Origin: Balanoglossus misakiensis | Lineage: Eukaryota > Animalia > Hemichordata | NCBI GenBank assembly: GCA_040954595.2 | Contig: CM082576.2 | Location: 7,443,129-7,507,128 of the forward strand | Direction: 5' to 3' | DNA length: 64,000 bases | Shown here: positions 25,937-39,300 of the stretch, piece by piece | Layout: the number at the start of each line of letters is the position of its first letter | Position numbering within the stretch: the first letter of the stretch is position 1 | Made by a program: the position numbers and the translations under genes | The notes under the pieces: generated by a model | The model's database searches: none | Seen by the model: the letters and a program-made list of their open reading frames with translations, nothing else | Told to the model about the DNA's origin: nothing

Positions 25937-27125
25937 TTTGGATGTTATGAAAATGCATCATGGGAAGAATCAGATTATCTGTATCGTAAACGGACTCGTT
26001 CACAGACTGTCGCATGAGAACTCGTAATGACGAGAAAATAAGCTTTCATTTTAAGCGTAGAAAATGCGCGTTTTCCATATCGACTTACTCTTGTTCAAAA
26101 TCGACCCCAAAAAATCTTTTTGGTTGCACGACTTGTAAAAACAAAAGAATTATACTTTCACCCACAAGAGGACTACCGACGCGTCGAAACTATATAGCGC
26201 CACCAGTGGCAGAAGTAAGTGTAAGCACATTATTTGGACGGGAACTCGACGCGACCTCTGTTTTTCATGCCTTTTTAGGCGTCAATAGGCAAAATTGTCG
26301 ATGCAGATCATATAAAAATGTTCACCTAGTCGCGTCAAACTCTGTTTATCACCACCTGGCAGTGTCAAAGTCAGAACACTTTACGCAACGATCTAATTTA
26401 CATAAGTTACGAAACGGTCGTGTAAACATCACTTGTTATCACACGTGAAGTTATCTGATCGCAATATCCCATGTGAATATTGAATAAGGTCAGCGTCGAC
26501 ACAAACTGGTCCAGAACTAAGTCTCAGTTTGTCGGGAGTGACATAGTAAGTATGATATTGCAATTGTGGCAGTGAAAACTGTGGATTTGGCTGTTCACAG
26601 AATTCAGTACGTACTGTACAGTGTACACTATGCTGTGGTACACATCTCCATTTGTGGAGTGACCCAGGGAGATGGACCCAGGGTCAGGGAGTGACCGTAC
26701 TCAACGGTACTGAATCGCACGAGTAGCTTTAATCATGCTTTAATCATTATGCTGTAATACTGGGTTTACCGGAAGACATCTATTATGAACCATAGTAGTG
26801 CTTGAGTATAGCATGCAGCATTTGTTTAATATCATGGCATGAAATGTGACTTGGATTGGATGTCACTAGTTGCAGATTAGTAAACCTGACCTTACTGACT
26901 AGTTTATATGTAATGAAAATTGCAGAATGACAACTAACTGTATTACATCACTGATGATCAAGGCTACGCAAAAAAATTCATTGAAATAATGGCAAATTGT
27001 CCAATTAAAATGATTTGCCAAGTAAGCTACATGGCACATGTATCACAGGACATAACTTTGATCATTCCACAGTCTCAAACTCACTATACATGCCCATTTC
27101 TCTGCAGAAGTGATTGGTGCCAACG

Positions 27126-30100
27126 ATGTCCAGAGTCACAGACGCTTGCATATTCCTGAGGGGATTCCAGCATGTCGCAAGGGCCTACACCAAACACCAG
27201 CAGACGGCATTTCAAGAGAAATATGCCAACTGCAGCTACAGAAAGATCTTTGAAAGTGTGCAGACAAAGGCAGAGGAAACCATCAGTGGTGCGATGGTGA
27301 ACAGACACAAATCAACAGCGACTGTAAGTACATTGGACATTCCCGGCCTCATTCTTGGACCATGGGTCCCTGTGGAATATCAGAGCAGTTTAATCTAGAG
27401 TTGGAGTGGTGTTACTCGAGTTCCCAGACCAGTAACTTGATTTTAAAACCCTAGTAAGGCATTTGTAATCATAGTACCATTTGGACAATCTTTACTGAAA
27501 TGAAAGAATTACATCCAGGTGTTGTTCCTGTAGTACACAATGAAATGGTCATATTAATATCACACAAGACTAAGAGTATGAAGTATATTAGCTCTGCGTG
27601 GCAGGGCTGTGTTGTAGCTCGCCGTAACAACACAGCCCTGCCACGCAGAGCTAGTAGTATATGGTCTCAGTCTGACTGTCACCTTGATATCCCTGGTACC
27701 ACCCTGTCTCTCCTAGGGTGCTTCCACAGCCAACGGGGCAACCAACGGTAAAATACTGAACGGGTCACCGTTAGAAACGCCAGTGGACACTAATCTGAAT
27801 ACGGCAACCACCAACAACGGGGCAAAGGCGTTTCACTACGACTCCTCCTCAGGGGTCATCACGGCGGAAGAGCTGAGAAAAGCAATGTTGAAAGAGAAGG
27901 AAAATAAAGGGGGAGATGGAGGGGATGGCAAGCAGCCACCACTGCCTCCAAAAATGCCTCGCAGAACACCCATTGTGAATGCGTCGTCCACCCCCAAAAT
28001 GAAACAGACTCTTAGCGCGAGGTCCCGCGAGAGGAAAGTGCCGGCATCTCGAGCAAGTCGAATGCTGAATTTTGGCAGTTTGGCCGCAGGACTTGGTGTG
28101 GGAACCCTTGCAGAGTATACAAGACGAGCAGTTGGGTTCAAAGAAAGTAAGTTCATGTTGAATCCCTTCAATCTTCAAGTTATTGTTCTGATGATTTACA
28201 GTACAAAAAAACACGAAATTATTTTAAATTTGAACTGCATTCTGATTCATGCTAAATCTGAGATGTCAGTCAACAGTTGTAATTTTCCACTTTATGTAGA
28301 TGGCAGCTCGACGGACGGTAGCGTTCTTCTTTCCGAGGCCAACGCTGAAAGAATTGTTAACACACTTTGTAAAGTGAGAGGTGCTGCCCTGAAGCTTGGA
28401 CAGATGCTGAGTATACAAGGTAAATAAAATAAGGATGTGGTTTAGGGTGCCTGGCATCACATCATGATCTTGTGAAATACATTGAAGGGCGCTCTGTGCA
28501 AAATAGTCTTATAGTTGTCGCCAACTATTGAACTATACTGGTAACTGAATACAAGACCAGGCATAATAGTTTGTGACAATGAAACATGGTATTTACATGT
28601 ATGTGGGCAAAGTTGATAATCAGTGCTATTTTCACATTTTGCAATCAGATAACAGCATGATCAGTCCACAGTTGCAGAGTATATTTGAGAGAGTAAGACA
28701 GAGTGCAGATTTCATGCCAATCTGGCAGATGGAGGTAAGCACATTCTCCAGGATGGTCGGTTTGTTTGCAGAGATTTGGGGAATGGAAGTGATGGTGCCA
28801 ATTTTGGCATCAAGTTCAAAGAGTGTTACCTACAAATGTGTCTCATCATTGAGAGAACATGGTATTTTGAGTTCATCTCTAGACCACATGGTAACTTGTC
28901 TTGGTGTTTTCAATACAGATAGTTCTACAGAAAGAATTGGGCAACGATTGGAGGGAGAAATTGAAAAGGTTTGAAGAGAAACCGTTTGCTGCTGCTTCCA
29001 TCGGCCAAGTACACCATGCTACGTTACATGATGGTAGAGAAGTGGCCATGAAAATACAGGTATCTGGTCGAGATTTGATGCATCTTGCTTATGTCACTGC
29101 CTGCAGTCAGGCTTCATTCACAAAATGGATAATGACATCTTGTAGGTCTGCCATTGTCTGTGTGGAATTCATAAGAATGATTAAACAGACATGTGGTAAA
29201 ATCTTGTGAAGCAAATGATATTTTCTATGTTAAGGTTTGAAGCAAAGTTATCAGCAAAATGTAAATGACAAAAGTATTTATCTTGTAATGCCTACAGTAC
29301 CCTGGTGTGGCCCAAGGAATTGACAGTGATATCGATAACCTGATGGGTATACTTAATGTGTGGAAAGTGCTTCCTGAAGGTAAGCATTCGTACAAAATTA
29401 TTATAAGAGAAGTCGACCATACTTATTCATGCTGAAGGAATAAAGTTGCTGTCTTGCGACATCATTTTTGCCATTACTTTTGACGTCTTACAGGCCTCTA
29501 TGCTGACAATGCAGTGAATGTTGCCCGCAAAGAATTGATGTGGGAAGTCGATTATGAAAGGGAGGGAAGAATGTCGGAAAGATTTAGGTAAGTGACCATG
29601 ATGAGTGTTGAATCTGTGTGCGTCAGAGTGAACCATTCAAAGATTTATCGTAAAAAGATAGGGAAGGTTGTTCAACAATAGTTACTCCATCGTATGATGC
29701 AAATAAAATATGTATACAAAAGATGCGCTCTGCAGTAATTATGGGAAGTGTTGATTTAATACGGAAGTTGTTTTTGTGATCATTGGTTCTTTGGTTGATA
29801 TATTCCTTGCTTTAATTTTATTTTTCTGCAGAGAATTATTAAAAGATGATCCAGTGTTTTATGTGCCAGCTCTTATCCCTGAATTGTCATCAAAACAAGT
29901 CATAACTACAGAACTTATAGATGGTTTGCCGTTGGACAAAACAGAACAACTTGACCAGGAAACAAGAAACGAGGTAATTTTGAAAGATGAATCATGTTGA
30001 TCATAAATCGCAGAGTTTTTTTGTGAATGTTGTAATATGCAGTAATGACTTTCAACTGTCTTTGTTTTTACAGATTTGTTCAAATATTCTGAGACTTTGT

Positions 30101-31367
30101 CTCACAGAATTATTTGTGTGGCAATTCATGCAGACAGACCCAAATTGGAGCAATTTCTTCTATAATCCTGACACAAAACAGGTAATTTTGTCTTCACCTG
30201 AAGACAGTAGTATCTTAGATGAGTGGAGTTACAAAGGTCAGCAAGAACATTTATAAACGAATGTGATAGTTGGAAGATGTCTCTGGCTTGCAAAAGTCTA
30301 CAATATTCATCCATCAGTTTGTATCATTTATTTACAGTGTAGTATTTTTGCATAGCGAGGAGTTTCCGTGTGAAAATCATCTCAAAGTAGCTGTATCCTC
30401 TCTGTTTCAGATTGCCCTTTTAGATTTTGGAGCCAGCATAGAGTATGATAAGTCACGCTTTGTTGACAAGTACATCAAGGTATGAAATTTATTCCTGCCA
30501 CAGGACCACATCTTCCACTCAGCCATTTTATCACTTTGCAATCAGCCGAGGTCTGTACATTGCATTATGTTGGCAGACATTGTTAGAAAATAGCTTTTGT
30601 TATATGTGTCATTCTCTGTAGCCAATCTCAAGGTGCCAATCATTAAAGCTGGCATTTGCAATTGTCTCACCCATGTTTTCCAGGTTATCAATTCAGCTGT
30701 CAATGGAGACAGAGAGAGGGTCTTGCTTGAGTCAAGAAATCTTGGCTTTCTCACCGGATATGAATCTGCGGTAAGTCACCAACCTCAGAGAATTTCTTGC
30801 ACTCATGGTCTTGTGGAATATAACACAAAATCGGTAACTTTGTGTTAAATCAATAGGATTATGTGTGTGTCATACGTGCCTGCTTTAGAAACAACATGCT
30901 GATACTGGGAGTGGGGCATTGACAAAGGGAGAAGCTCGCCAATGTTAATGCCTGGATATCATTGTAGATTATGTATACTACACTTTTTCAAGAAATGGTG
31001 TGTAAACTGCTTGTCACTATTTACCGCAAAGTAGACCCACTCCACCTGTATTCATTTGTGATAATTTCTTGTGTAACCTTTGTTTCACTTTCAGGCTATG
31101 GAAAAAGCCCATGTGGAGGCAGTGATGATTCTAGGAGAAGCGTTTGCCCGAGCGGAGCCTTTCAATTTTGCAATGCAGGACACCACACGAAGGATCCACA
31201 ACCTGATACCAGCAATGTTGAAAGGCAGACTGACTCCGCCCCCGGAGGAGAGTTACTCGCTGCACAGGAAGATGTCGGGCTCATTCTTGCTGTGTGCCAA
31301 ACTCAGAGCCAACATCTCCTGCAAACCCCTCTTTGACAACATCTGGGGAAATTACAAATTCTCATAG
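27126..31367 (+). CDS. COQ8A: Atypical kinase COQ8 (ADCK3/4, ABC1/UbiB family), mitochondrial
   Basis: Motifs [42 protein letters not shown] (KxGQ), [38 protein letters not shown] and [21 protein letters not shown] over about 12 coding exons. Stop at 31365-31367. A non-coding first exon probably ends near 26545. COQ8A versus COQ8B cannot be resolved. Confidence 0.93.
27589..27653. mobile_element. 65-bp hairpin MITE with perfect 27-bp TIRs and a 9-bp TSD
   Basis: TAGCTCTGCGTGGCAGGGCTGTGTTGT and its exact reverse complement flank an 11-nt loop. Flanks are GAAGTATAT and GTAGTATAT (8/9 identical). Confidence 0.8.
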
Positions 31368-32630
31368 ATTTAGGATGAAGAACTATTAAAGTGTACAGTC
31401 CGCAGGACTTTTAAACTAAAGTAATAAAATAAAGAAGGCATTTGCTTAAAATGCTGAATCGCGCACAAGATGCAAAAATTGTTATGCACAAATTGGGTCC
31501 AAAACAAGTATGTGCCCTGTTAGGCTTAGCAATTTTGAAAATTCAGCTGTTGGCTGAGGTGCTACTGTACTGTTGCATGTGCATGTGCGTGTGTGAGGGA
31601 TATCAAATCGCATGGCATCGCTTACACTACAGACAAATTTTTCAGTTTCTTCAAGTGATTGTGTGGTTTTTCTGTTGAAGTAGCTTCATAATGGAAGCTA
31701 AGTCGTGTGGAGAGATTCACCTACTTCAAGCTCTACTTACCTGCCTTTATTGACAGTCCTGTTTGGTATGAGGTCAAGGTGTGGGCTTACACAGCAGTCT
31801 ATTCAAACTGACGTATATTAAAATTATGTGCTTGCTTCCATCCAGTGCGTTGGAAGGGATGTCGCTGCTGAGAATTTCATTGTTTTTGGAACCCGCAATA
31901 TATTTTGCAGTAATTTGCTTTTTGTAGTTGATGAGACACAATCAGGGTAGTCAGAGTTGCCTGGCAACCGTTAAATTGTAAAACACATATCGTCTCATCA
32001 GTTTGGGGATTGTTGATCTACATTATGTATACACAAGTTTGCAGAGAAAAATCAGAGTTTTGAGAATTTTCAAATAAAATTGCAGACTGGGGTCTGCTTA
32101 AAGTTAAGCTGGTGCGGGGATCGGTACAAGTATTCTTGTATTCACACATCTGGTAAAAGAATTTCCTGGTGAAGAAATTACGATAAAGAATTGAGTGTGT
32201 GGTGTTGGAAGCGTGTGAGTTCGAGCTCAAAGAGATACATCTGAGAAAATTGTATGTGTGGGGAGGGGGGAATCCATCTATGCTGATGTACATGTACACT
32301 GCGCTGACATCTGAGCAACAAAGAACAATGGTTGTATAACCATAGACTATGGAGCTAAAAAAAACTGAATGTTCTCCATCCTTTCCCCAAAGCACCCAAA
32401 CTGGGAAATCAGACGCAAGTGTTTCGAGAATAGATCACATAAAATTTATTGTAAATTTACCAAATTGTTTACAAAATTGCCCCATTGTTGATACAAAATA
32501 CATGTAAATCGTCCATCGTTATGATACAGTTGTTTTCCTTTTTTTTTACTAAATATCAGCCTGCAGTAAGAATCTGAGTAATAATTTATGCTGGTACATG
32601 TATTGATATACAGCATTCGACTATGTTGAT

Positions 32631-34576
32631 CTACAGACATTCTTTTGGCGGAATGAAGACTTCGGGATCATGGATACCAGCAGTCACGTCAAAGAAGCTA
32701 AAATCCAAACAAAAGGTGTAAGAGTTAGTGCCATGACATTCAAGAGTTACCACCATGTTCAATCCAAACCCATTGTTTTCTATGGTTAAAATGGACCTCT
32801 GTGGAGTGCACTGGGTGTGAAAGGGTTAAATATGTTGTCAATGTAGATGTAGGGAGGTTGACGAGACACATTCGATAACATTACTACAATTTTGTAATGT
32901 ATGTACATGTACTAGTAAATGAGATGGACCGTGAGTGTATGGTAATTGGGATAAACTTACTCAGTGTGGACAACTCCGGTTCTATTGCTAAAGTACACTT
33001 CAGAGACCGGGATGCACCCCTTGACAGTCCAGGAACCAGCATAACGACCTTTGAAAAGGAAAATAAATTACACCAAAGACATAACATTATACACTTCCAT
33101 TTGATGATTGCAACAAATATCGAGAGGTTGCATTTTCCAATAGTGTTGTTCTGTGCAATAAAGATAACCCAGCTTGTGCAGATAATGGACCAAGGAAAGT
33201 TGTAATCTCCAGACTTACCATGTTCTGTTTCTCCTCCCCATAACTGCACAGTCACGCCTTCACCAGGGGCTGCCAGGCTGCCAATAATTGTCTCTCCATA
33301 GAAAGTAGCATTGTGAGGAATGCTGATAGGGCGGAAAGGTCTGGTCAGCTCTGTCACTTTGCACTCTTTGGTTTTCAAGTTCAGCTGGTACTCTTTGCGC
33401 TGTTAGGAGGTGAACCATATGAAATTAAAATAAATCAGACTTAATAATGTTTCAGGCTAGCAATAGATGATAAACACAGCTCTGATTTTTAACAAAAAAC
33501 ATAGCTACAGCCTCATTACCATAATGACCTGGATTTTCTATTTGTCCTAGAAAACATCACATGACAAGGTGGCAGAAGTCATGTGATTAAGTCATGTGAC
33601 AACTACACACAAAAGCATACACGAACATCTATTTGTATATGCATATATCCAGTTTTTCAAAGTGGCAGGCTGTCAAAAAAGCAACAGTTCTCCATTGTGA
33701 TTTATATACTTGCCTCTCTGTGTAAATAAAGCGATGCAAAGAAGTCTTTCTTGTCCACAATGTTGACCTCTTCATAGGTATGGATCCTTTCATTGTACAT
33801 ATCATAGGCCATTCGGGCACGCGCCTCAAACTTTTTGCTTAGGTCAAACTGATAATAGTCAAAGAGAGAAACATAAGTTAATTGCAATTTACCGAAAATA
33901 TTTTATTTAGACTGAAAAAAGAAAGTTATTTCTGGTCATACATGCATCCATTATACGAGCCCCACATTGACTTTTTTGCAGGTTTGTAGACTGACTCAAT
34001 GATGCAGAAAATGATGGCAAGATGGCATGCTTTTATTTTTCTCCAGAAAAACAAATGCAAAGGTGGTGCATTTCTTGAAGAGGAACTTGGTGTTTTCACA
34101 GATTTCTGATCCTTTCTTCTTGCTGATGTAATGACTATAATTAATTACCTCAATGATCTTGGCTTCAAATACAGCTGGGGCCACTGTAATGAAAAGCAGA
34201 TATATAGATTTCAGTAATAATTAACATTTTTCTTTATCAGCTATTTAATTCATGGCCATTATATTTCATAAACTATAACATTAACCTTAGCCACTGGTAC
34301 TCTTCCAGGTACCAGAATTCACATGCATGTTCAATGTTGCAGGTGGGCCAGGGAAAGGCACAATCAAGAATAGGGGATAAGCATCGTTTTCATGAGATTG
34401 CTAGTAAAATCCTTCTAGAAGACCCCAGGTGTTGAAACGTGTGATTATGTATGCAGGTGATTACAAAACAGAACATTGTAAAATGTAAACAAATGGTCAT
34501 TTAACTTACTGCATGGTCTTGGTACCTGCCCGTACACTACACCAACCAAAGCCAATATTGCGAGTAATATGCGCAT
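32631..34576 (-). CDS. EPDR1: Ependymin-related protein (EPDR1/MERP-like), secreted or lysosomal lipid-binding
   Basis: Signal peptide MRILLAILALVGVVYG then QVPRPC. Further exons encode APAVFEAK, MAYDMYNERI, LYLHRE, EYQLNLKTKECKVTELTRPFRPISIPHNATF and WTVKGCIPV. Terminal FFDVTAGIHDPEVFIPPKECL* shows the classic ependymin Cys pattern. Confidence 0.92.
32749..32829. mobile_element. Short interspersed element ending GTGAAAGGGTTAA (TTAA-terminated MITE-like family), copy in an EPDR intron
   Basis: Shares CCATTGTTTTCTATGG...TGGACCT...GTGAAAGGGTTAA with the copy at 51452-51526. More diverged copies lie at ~19477-19565 and ~53790-53830. Confidence 0.65.
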
Positions 34577-34701
34577 GGTTGATTCCTTCAAGTTCACTAA
34601 AGAAGAGTGCCCAGGTGTATGATTTTGGTCGATGTTGTAGGACTGCAGTGGGAGTGACTGTGCAGAAAAATCACCTGAACTCCTTCGGATAACCTCTTGC
34701 C

Positions 34702-34730
34702 TCACATGACCCAATCACATGACTGACTCA
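34702..34730. promoter_or_regulatory. Tandem M-box/CLEAR-like elements (TCACATGAC x2) plus AP-1 site upstream of the EPDR gene
   Basis: TCACATGAC at 34702-34710 and 34715-34723, and TGACTCA at 34724-34730, about 125-155 bp upstream of the ATG. Confidence 0.55.
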
Positions 34731-36314
34731 GCAGGGCGATACTACATTGTCTACGGGTGCGGGTTAGGTTGTTCATAGGATGCATAAATACCTTTGGAGA
34801 AAATCTATGCAGCGTTCGATTCGTGTATTAGTGAAAATTAGGGGAAACATAGATTATACATGTGATACGTATACTTCTTCCAAAGCCATCCGTAGATAAA
34901 ACGTCAACCAGGTTATGTGAGACTCTCCAGAGTCAATGAAATCGCCCACTTTTGTTGTCAACGTTTACCTGGTTGAGGTCACACCTACCTGTGGGTAAAC
35001 GGACCCTCCCCCTAAAATTATCGTTTCAGTCGAAGATGTCGCCACCGCCCCCGGACCTGTCAATATCTTCTGCTGTAGTTTGGTCAACAAGACGTAGAAA
35101 CAGACATGTTGCAACTTGTAGAATTACTTTTTGCGTGCGTTCACTTTTCTGAGACACAAAAGCTATGATGATTGAAATTTATTTTGCCGTCGAACAAATT
35201 GTCTGGAAAAGGGATGCTGTAACATGAAATATGATACTGGAAAACAGAAAATAGAAAATTCTATAGCCTCTGGCCCAAAATAATTCTGTTATATCACCCG
35301 TATTTAGCCCTGGTGAGTCTCTCCAGCCAGGCGGTGATGGATTGGTGTGTGTTCTTGGAGGGGGGGGGGGGGGGGGGGGGGGGTTCCCAGTCCCACCATT
35401 TTTTTTCAGTATATTTGGAATGGGAAGTCACGTTATTTTTCATTTGTTGGATGTCACTGTGTTTTTCTATTAAAGGATCAAAACGCACTAAAATAATTTT
35501 CGTGATTCAATCACGGAACTTTCCTCACTTGAGGGACTGTGACCAAACTCAATCCACTGCAGTGCGCCCTCATTTGTTCAATTACGCATACCTTTTGTTT
35601 TTCTTGCCCTCTTCCATCCAGCCGAAAATCAGTAAGACATGTAATTTATCCGCAAGAATTATCTACAATAGAAAACGAAAACCTGGAATGCATACTTATC
35701 CAAGAATTGTAAAAATTGCCTACACTGTCTTTTTGATATCTTTGATCTTATTTATTTAGTACATGTGTATAAAAAGTGCACTGACTTGGGGAAGTATAGA
35801 AAACGTACTAGTATTTTGTTACATTTAACCGAATATTCAGCCTATTGTTTTGTTTATATTTGTAGAATATGTTGTCCTTTTACATTTTTTTGATGTGGGG
35901 AAAACAAACTTTTTAACTTTTATGTAGAGTTCCGTGACCTCAAACAACTAACTTGTGCGCATGTCCTGGGTTGTTTTCATCTATTGATTTGCATATCAGT
36001 AAAACGTGAAAACACTCGTGCCCTCAAATAACACTGCATTCGCTGATGTGTGCAGAGCAATGCTGCCTCTTTGAACGGGTCGTCGCATGGACTGATCTAC
36101 ACTACATAGCCCAAATATCAAGGTTAGAAATACGTTGTTCGGTTTACAAACATTTATTCAAACACTGTGATGTTTTGATTGCAAGGAGAGAAGCGGAGCC
36201 GCGAGCGCGGAACTGGAAGGCAACCAACTTGTCTCGAGACGTGAGACGCATGTAAACAATCTAAGTACTTCTTGTTTATGTGAGTGTGTACTGCTAGCTT
36301 TGGTTGGTGACGAG

Positions 36315-39300
36315 ATGGAATCGTACGGGCTTCACTCGCCAGCTACGCTCCGGAAAGCCATTTATGGGAAACCCGGGACGTATTCCCCGGTTATCCAACG
36401 GAAAAACATTTCTGGGGGTAAAGAGAATGCACCTGCACCGGGTTCGCCAACAGCCACGTCGAAGAAAATAGATATTCCACAGTCACCAAAGCTTGGAAGG
36501 CAAGAGGCCAGTTACAGCCACAGTCCAACACGTAGCTTTTTGAATCTGTTCAAGAAATCAAAGAAGAAAGGGGGGTCGGTAGGCGATGACTCCCCATCAA
36601 ACTCGCCAGACATCCAACGGCGACGTCGATTTTTTTCCAGTGAAAGCAACAACAGCGCTAGCGACTCGGAACATGATCATGAGAACCACGACGTGATGCC
36701 GCAAAATTCAGATTCGTCTCACAGTTCGTCCGAGGATGAAGAGAAGAGGCAACTGAAAGAGGGGGATATCACTTTATTCGCCGTACCCAGCATCATAAGC
36801 GAACCCCACCCTCAGAAACTGACCTCGATCCTGAAAAAGCCGTGTGCGACATTCCCGTGCCGCGAGGATGAAGAGGAAACGGAACAGAATCCGGGGGAGG
36901 GGAAAGAGAAAGTAGTGAGTGAGAGGAAAGAGGGCTCCGAACGTGACAAATCTGCTGATGTCGAGGTTCAATTCGCTGCGCAAGAGGGGAAACAGTGCGA
37001 TAAAGAGGAAAAACCACAGGAAGAAATGGGGGACAGTCTGACAAAAGAAGAGCAAGAGGACGTAGATAGTAATGAAGATGATGAGAAATCTAAAGAAAAG
37101 GATGGGCCTGGGAAAAATGTGTGCAAGGATGAAGACAGCGAAGAGTGGGATAAAGTGGGTGCAAGCCTCCCTCGCAGGAGATGTGTGAGTTGGGACCCCA
37201 GCGTGAAGGACCCCAAGCCACGCAAAGATTCATACACAACTTACATCGAGGGTTGGCATAAAGAATTTCTCCGCCAAGAGAGGGAGCGGAAATTGAGACT
37301 TAAAGAAATGCAAAAGCGGGTGAGTGCATGTAAAATCTCACGAAAGTGTACTGCCTGCCAACGATAAAGTTCCAATGTGTTCGGCAACAAACATATTTTG
37401 ACACCAGTACAAAATTTGACCTTCCAGGCTTCCTGTGTATATTTAGGTCAGTTATGAGCCGGGGGCTATCAGCCAGGCAGAAGGCTTGTCGCCGCTTGTC
37501 TTAGCAGGAATTAACCCTGCGTACAGGTCTGTGTGTTCCCGGCGTTACACGGCCTCCACCACAGTGTAATGCCGGGAACACACAGACCGGTACGCAGAGC
37601 TAAGCAGGAATGCGCTTGCAATATTTACAAATGTAAATTGCTTCTAAATAATGACCAAAGAAAGTACATAATCCTAGCCAGTGAACTACACTTGTCCAGT
37701 TGTAGGCTCGTAGACAGGAGGTTGTGTCAATCTGAAAAAAAATTATACCCAAAGTTGATTTGCTGAGGCGCAACTTTATACTTCGCAAAAGGGTCATGTA
37801 AGGTGAAAGGCAAGATGATGCCCAGATGAATCAAGGTCCAGCACAACGGGCGGAGCCCATACTCACTAAGGGTATCATCTTTCTAACAACAATATACCAA
37901 GACCTCCCTTAGAGTTTGTTTTCACTCCCTTGTGATAAGATGATCTGCAGCATCTTGAATAGGGAGGGAAGTCAGAGCCTTCTGAAGTTGAATTCAATGC
38001 AAGATTCGACCAGTTTGTAAAAAAAAAGCGCTAAATAATTTAAAGGATGTGAGGAAGGGATTTAGCCTCAGGAGCTGGAACTCTACCACAAAAAGCTGCC
38101 TGTATTCATAACACTCTATTTTGATTTTCTACAAACACCAGTCTCTTTGTCTCATTGAAGCTTTTGGTCTGTTGGGTATGAAGACAAAAGAGTGTATTCG
38201 TGAACAAAAACTCTTTTAAAAAGAACTGTGTCACAGCAGTGCCACATGGGTATTGATATGTAAAAAAAGAACAATAAAATAGACTTGGGAGGTTTCAAGG
38301 GAATTAAAGAATGCTTCTACTTACAGTGATCAGACATGCAAGGTACAATTGTATGCTTTTTTTACAATTCTCACCCCTTTGCAGTGTACTTGCAAGGTTG
38401 CAGCCAAACTTAAAAACAAAAGGCAGAAATTCAAAAGTAGGTGTTAGAATTGATGAAGGCAAAACACATGATGAAGTTGGACAGAGGTTAGGGCATGTTC
38501 CATTTTGGATGGGGGGGGTAACCATCAAGAACATCTAAAACAACCATCCCTCAACTAAACTAAACTGAACAGGGTTCTCCCCAGGAAAAAATCATAGAGT
38601 CGGGGCTAATTTGCATGCTAATTTGCATATTAATTAACATAAAATTTACATATAACATTAGCTTCTATTTGACATCACTGTGGCCCCCCAATTATGTCGT
38701 CTGCTATCCTGTGTGTAGTGTACAAGTATTCTGCAGACTTGTGGACGCATAGCATGACCTGCAACAAAAGTTGCTACATCTTTTGTCAAGTTTAGATAAG
38801 GAGTTGCAAAATGCGTACGCTCACTTGTTGCCATATGTGCGTGTGTGCGTGTTACTAGGGCTATGATGCTATTTATAGGACGCCTGGCTAAAGATAACTG
38901 GTGCACTGAATGAAATGGGCAGCGTACTGCCATTGACAGCGTGCAGAGCTGCGTTGCTTCTAGGGTGATAAAAGCAGTGATTAACACCGTAAAAGGTGTG
39001 AAATGACTCAGTTGTGTTCACTATTCATCAAGAATTGAAAGGAAGTAGCAAGTTATGGTAAAAACAAAAGCGGACGTAAGGCAAAAATACGGGAGTTGAC
39101 AATAACACGTTAGCGTAGCGGGCAGACATAATAGCGTCGGGGGGAAAGCCATAGCGTCGGGGCCGTTAGTGATAGCGTCGGGGGCCCCGACGCTGTTTGG
39201 GCCTGGGGAGAACCCTGCTGAACATCCACTTATCTGTCATTCAACAATCCTTAGATAATTTTCCAAAGACCGTCAATCTTCTATAGCTTTCTAAGTTTCT

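Noticed and set aside
26014-26448. 144-aa ORF between VIPAS39 and COQ8
   Set aside because: It lies in a CpG-rich divergent promoter region, with no motif or splice support.
35360-35383. Poly-G and poly-C tracts (also 24293-24307 and 25449-25463) as functional G-quadruplexes
   Set aside because: They are simple homopolymers, common in such genomes and of unreliable assembled length.
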